Below are positions 62,078-64,000 of a stretch of 64,000 nucleotides of DNA, piece after piece. Origin of the DNA: Nitrospirota bacterium (GTDB lineage: Bacteria > Nitrospirota > UBA9217); assembly GCA_963740085.1 (NCBI GenBank), contig CAVUCU010000001.1, positions 864,001 through 928,000 of the forward strand. The letters are read 5' to 3'. The number at the start of each line of letters is the position of its first letter. The stretch's first letter is position 1. The notes beneath the pieces were generated by a model, which saw only the letters and a list, made by a program, of their open reading frames with translations, made no database searches and had not been told where the DNA came from. The position numbers were made by a program, and so were the translations under genes.

Positions 62078-62410
62078 ATGCAGCCTCATTGTGGTAATAC
62101 GCAGAGCCATTCTTGACGTTGAATGGGAGCGTCGCTGGGCCTTTGTCTTGATCGTGGGGCAGCAATATCAACACATTTCCCCTGTTCTGTTGGTTGCGCT
62201 CCTAATGGTAGTGCTCGACATACTCTGCTATCGTGCGCCGAAGACCTCTTTTTTCGAGGAGAATTACGTTTGATAAGCACTCTTCTTTGATGGCCCTAAC
62301 CCATCCTTCTGGCTATGCATTTAAATTGGGGTTTCGGTGAGGAAGGGCGATGCTTCTGACTCCATCTCCTTCGAGTGTCTTCAGAATGGATGGGCAGTAG
62401 AGGGGTTTTC
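62078..62410 (-). pseudogene. Decayed DDE transposase (integrase-core domain) fragment
   Basis: Minus strand reads LPHRNPNLNA*PEGWVRAIKEECL..YVEHYH*ERNQQ..YYHNEAA, matching the PNLNA/ERWVR/KEECL/YHxER pattern, with stops. Confidence 0.7.
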
Positions 62411-62629
62411 ATGGTGGGTATTCTGACAAAAACGAATTGTTAATACTATTGAAGGAAAAACTACGACAATTCTATGACAGTTGGAAGAATAGGAATTACA
62501 GATACTGCCGCAATTCTATGAAATGTTTGGACTCTTCATCGGGAGATGAACATTTGTTATCGCCCCTATAGTACGCAAAATAAAATGAGTTACGAAAGCA
62601 TCGTAACTCATTAAATTAATTTACTTAAT

Positions 62630-62707
62630 TGGCGTCCCCAAGGGGATTCGAACCCCTGTTATCGCCGTGAAAGGGCGGTGTCCTGGGCCGGGCTAGACGA
62701 TGGGGAC
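62630..62707 (-). tRNA. tRNA-Glu (TTC)
   Basis: GTCCCCATCGTCTAGCCCGGCCCAGGACACCGCCCTTTCACGGCGATAACAGGGGTTCGAATCCCCTTGGGGACGCCA forms a cloverleaf with CCA. Confidence 0.96.
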
Positions 62708-62716
62708 GGATATTCA

Positions 62717-62816
62717 ACTGCATATTGCAAATTGGAAATTGCAAATTGCAAACTTCAAAATGAACAGCATCAGCACTGCATTTTACAATTTCCAATATTC
62801 ACTCTACAATTCCAAT
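62717..62816. repeat. 7-nt-periodic inverted-repeat cassette between the tRNAs
   Basis: ATTGCAA/ATTGGAA/ATTGCAA/ATTGCAA/ACTTCAA is opposed by ATTTTAC/AATTTCC/AATATTC/ACTCTAC/AATTCCAAT. Confidence 0.75.
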
Positions 62817-62828
62817 ACCTAAGGTAAC

Positions 62829-62904
62829 TGGTGAGCCGGCTGGGACTCGAACCCAGGACACCCGCCTTAAAAGGGCGGTGCTCTACCAACTGAGCTACCG
62901 GCCC
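62829..62904 (-). tRNA. tRNA-Lys (TTT)
   Basis: GGGCCGGTAGCTCAGTTGGTAGAGCACCGCCCTTTTAAGGCGGGTGTCCTGGGTTCGAGTCCCAGCCGGCTCACCA. Confidence 0.96.
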
Positions 62905-62982
62905 GCTCTCGCGGTATTCTTTAAAGCTGCATATAATAACAAGGATTCATCGTTGTTGTCAACAACATTATACGCTTACGGA

Positions 62983-63079
62983 AAATTCCAAATTACAAAT
63001 GACAAATCACCGATAATCACCAAACACCAAATCTCAATGACCAAACGTTTGGAGCTTCGAATTTGGATATTGGAATTTA
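62983..63079. repeat. 7-nt-periodic inverted-repeat cassette at the purA stop
   Basis: AAATTCC/AAATTAC/AAATGAC/AAATCAC..CCAAAC is opposed by GTTTGG..ATTTGG ATATTGG AATTT. Confidence 0.75.
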
Positions 63080-64000
63080 TTTCCTCGCGCCCGCTCTTCT
63101 GAACGGTTTTTCCAGAATGATCGTCTCATCCCTGCGCGCACCGGTCGAGATGATGGACGGCTTGACCCCGCTGAGCTTGCAGAGCCTTTCCACGTAGGCA
63201 CGGGCCCTTTTCGGCAGGTCTTCGTATTTTGTGATCCCGACCGTGGTCTGACGCCACCCGGGCATGGTGATATACTGCGGCTCGCCTTTTTCGAGCACCA
63301 CGAGCTCGGACGGCATCTCATCGTAGAGTTTTCCCCGGTACCGGTAGCCCACGCAGATCTTGATCTCGTCGAGGGTATCGAGCACGTCGAGCTTGGTGAT
63401 GGCTGCACCCGTCATGCCGTTCACACGCACGGCATGACGGATGATGAGCGTATCCGCCCAGCCGCACCGCCTCGCCCTGCCCGTGGTGGCGCCATACTCC
63501 TTACCGCGGGCGCGGAGCAGTTCGCCTAACTCGTTCTCCTGCTCTGTGGGGAACGGTCCGCTGCCCACGCGGGTCGTATAGGCCTTCACGATACCCATCA
63601 CCTCGGTGATCGTGTTTGGTCCGATGCCGAGGCCGGTGCAGGCGCCTCCCGCCGTGGGGCTCGATGAGGTCACAAAGGGATAGGTCCCGTGGTCCACATC
63701 GAGGTGGGTACCCTGCGCGCCTTCGGCGAGGATGTTTTTATTCTTGCCGACAGCCTGGTTCAGCACGAGCGTGGTGTCGGCAATATATTTCTTCAGTTTC
63801 TTTGCATATCCCATGTACTCTTCATATATCTGGTCCTGATGCACCGGTGGGGCGTTGTAAAAACGATCGAGCAGGAAGTTCGCCTCGCTGGCGTTGGCCG
63901 CAAGCTTCTCGTGAAACATCTTCGGATCCAGGAGGTCCGCCATTCTGATGCCCTTGCGGTTTATCTTGTCCGCATACGCAGGCCCGATCCCGCGGCCCGT
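63077..64000 (-). CDS. purA: Adenylosuccinate synthetase, 3' part
   Basis: EGAQG, DHGTYPFVTSS, TRVGSGPFPTE, EYGATTGR, TKLDVLD. Confidence 0.97.
   Translation of the reverse strand, partial: TGRGIGPAYADKINRKGIRMADLLDPKMFHEKLAANASEANFLLDRFYNAPPVHQDQIYEEYMGYAKKLKKYIADTTLVLNQAVGKNKNILAEGAQGTHLDVDHGTYPFVTSSSPTAGGACTGLGIGPNTITEVMGIVKAYTTRVGSGPFPTEQENELGELLRARGKEYGATTGRARRCGWADTLIIRHAVRVNGMTGAAITKLDVLDTLDEIKICVGYRYRGKLYDEMPSELVVLEKGEPQYITMPGWRQTTVGITKYEDLPKRARAYVERLCKLSGVKPSIISTGARRDETIILEKPFRRAGARK

Larger units (their letters stand above)
47812..62676. mobile_element. Integrative defence island B (~14.8 kb), no intact integrase
   Basis: Bounded by 47-bp tRNA repeats; CTAC(T/G)ACAATTCTA(C/T)GACAG at both ends; cargo is Fic, Wadjet, AbiE and SNF2. 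Confidence 0.85.

Noticed and set aside
40721-62676. Prophage or conjugative element
   Set aside because: No capsid, terminase, tail, relaxase or T4SS genes; only xis-int and cargo remain.
62650-62685. C-A mismatch at the top of the tRNA-Glu anticodon stem as evidence of a hybrid tRNA made by integration
   Set aside because: All three 3'-half copies carry the same base, so nothing shows that an element altered it.

Overview
GC-rich bacterial chromosome segment. The gene content and order suggest a Nitrospirota/Desulfobacterota-like organism, but that is inference only. Left ~40 kb is mostly housekeeping and accessory genes: end of folP, cdaA-cdaR-glmM, a c-di-GMP-I-like riboswitch before a GYD protein, comEC, a LysR regulator, an RND efflux operon, DUF47-pit, an acyl-CoA synthetase, a nosL/ABC cassette with no nosZ in the window, a RelE/XRE pair and katG-perR. 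Right ~22 kb is a tandem array of integrative elements at tRNA-Glu(TTC), with three copies of the tRNA 3' half at 40721, 47812 and 62630. One element has xis-int, TA pairs, a sigma-region-2-like orphan and a truncated SNF2 gene with ~17 C/S-x-x-S/T-G repeats. The other lacks an integrase and carries Fic, type I Wadjet (jetABCD), AbiE, a SWIM-SNF2 helicase and IS relics. tRNA-Lys and the 3' part of purA close the window. Unexplained signals include about ten intergenic palindromic cassettes built of 7-nt or 9-nt periodic units, element-specific arm-like repeats that reveal a hidden internal island boundary and a vanished third element, a duplicated gene 3' end bracketing the riboswitch module, and several small or decayed ORFs missing from the ORF track. 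All calls come from reading the sequence; no database searches were run.
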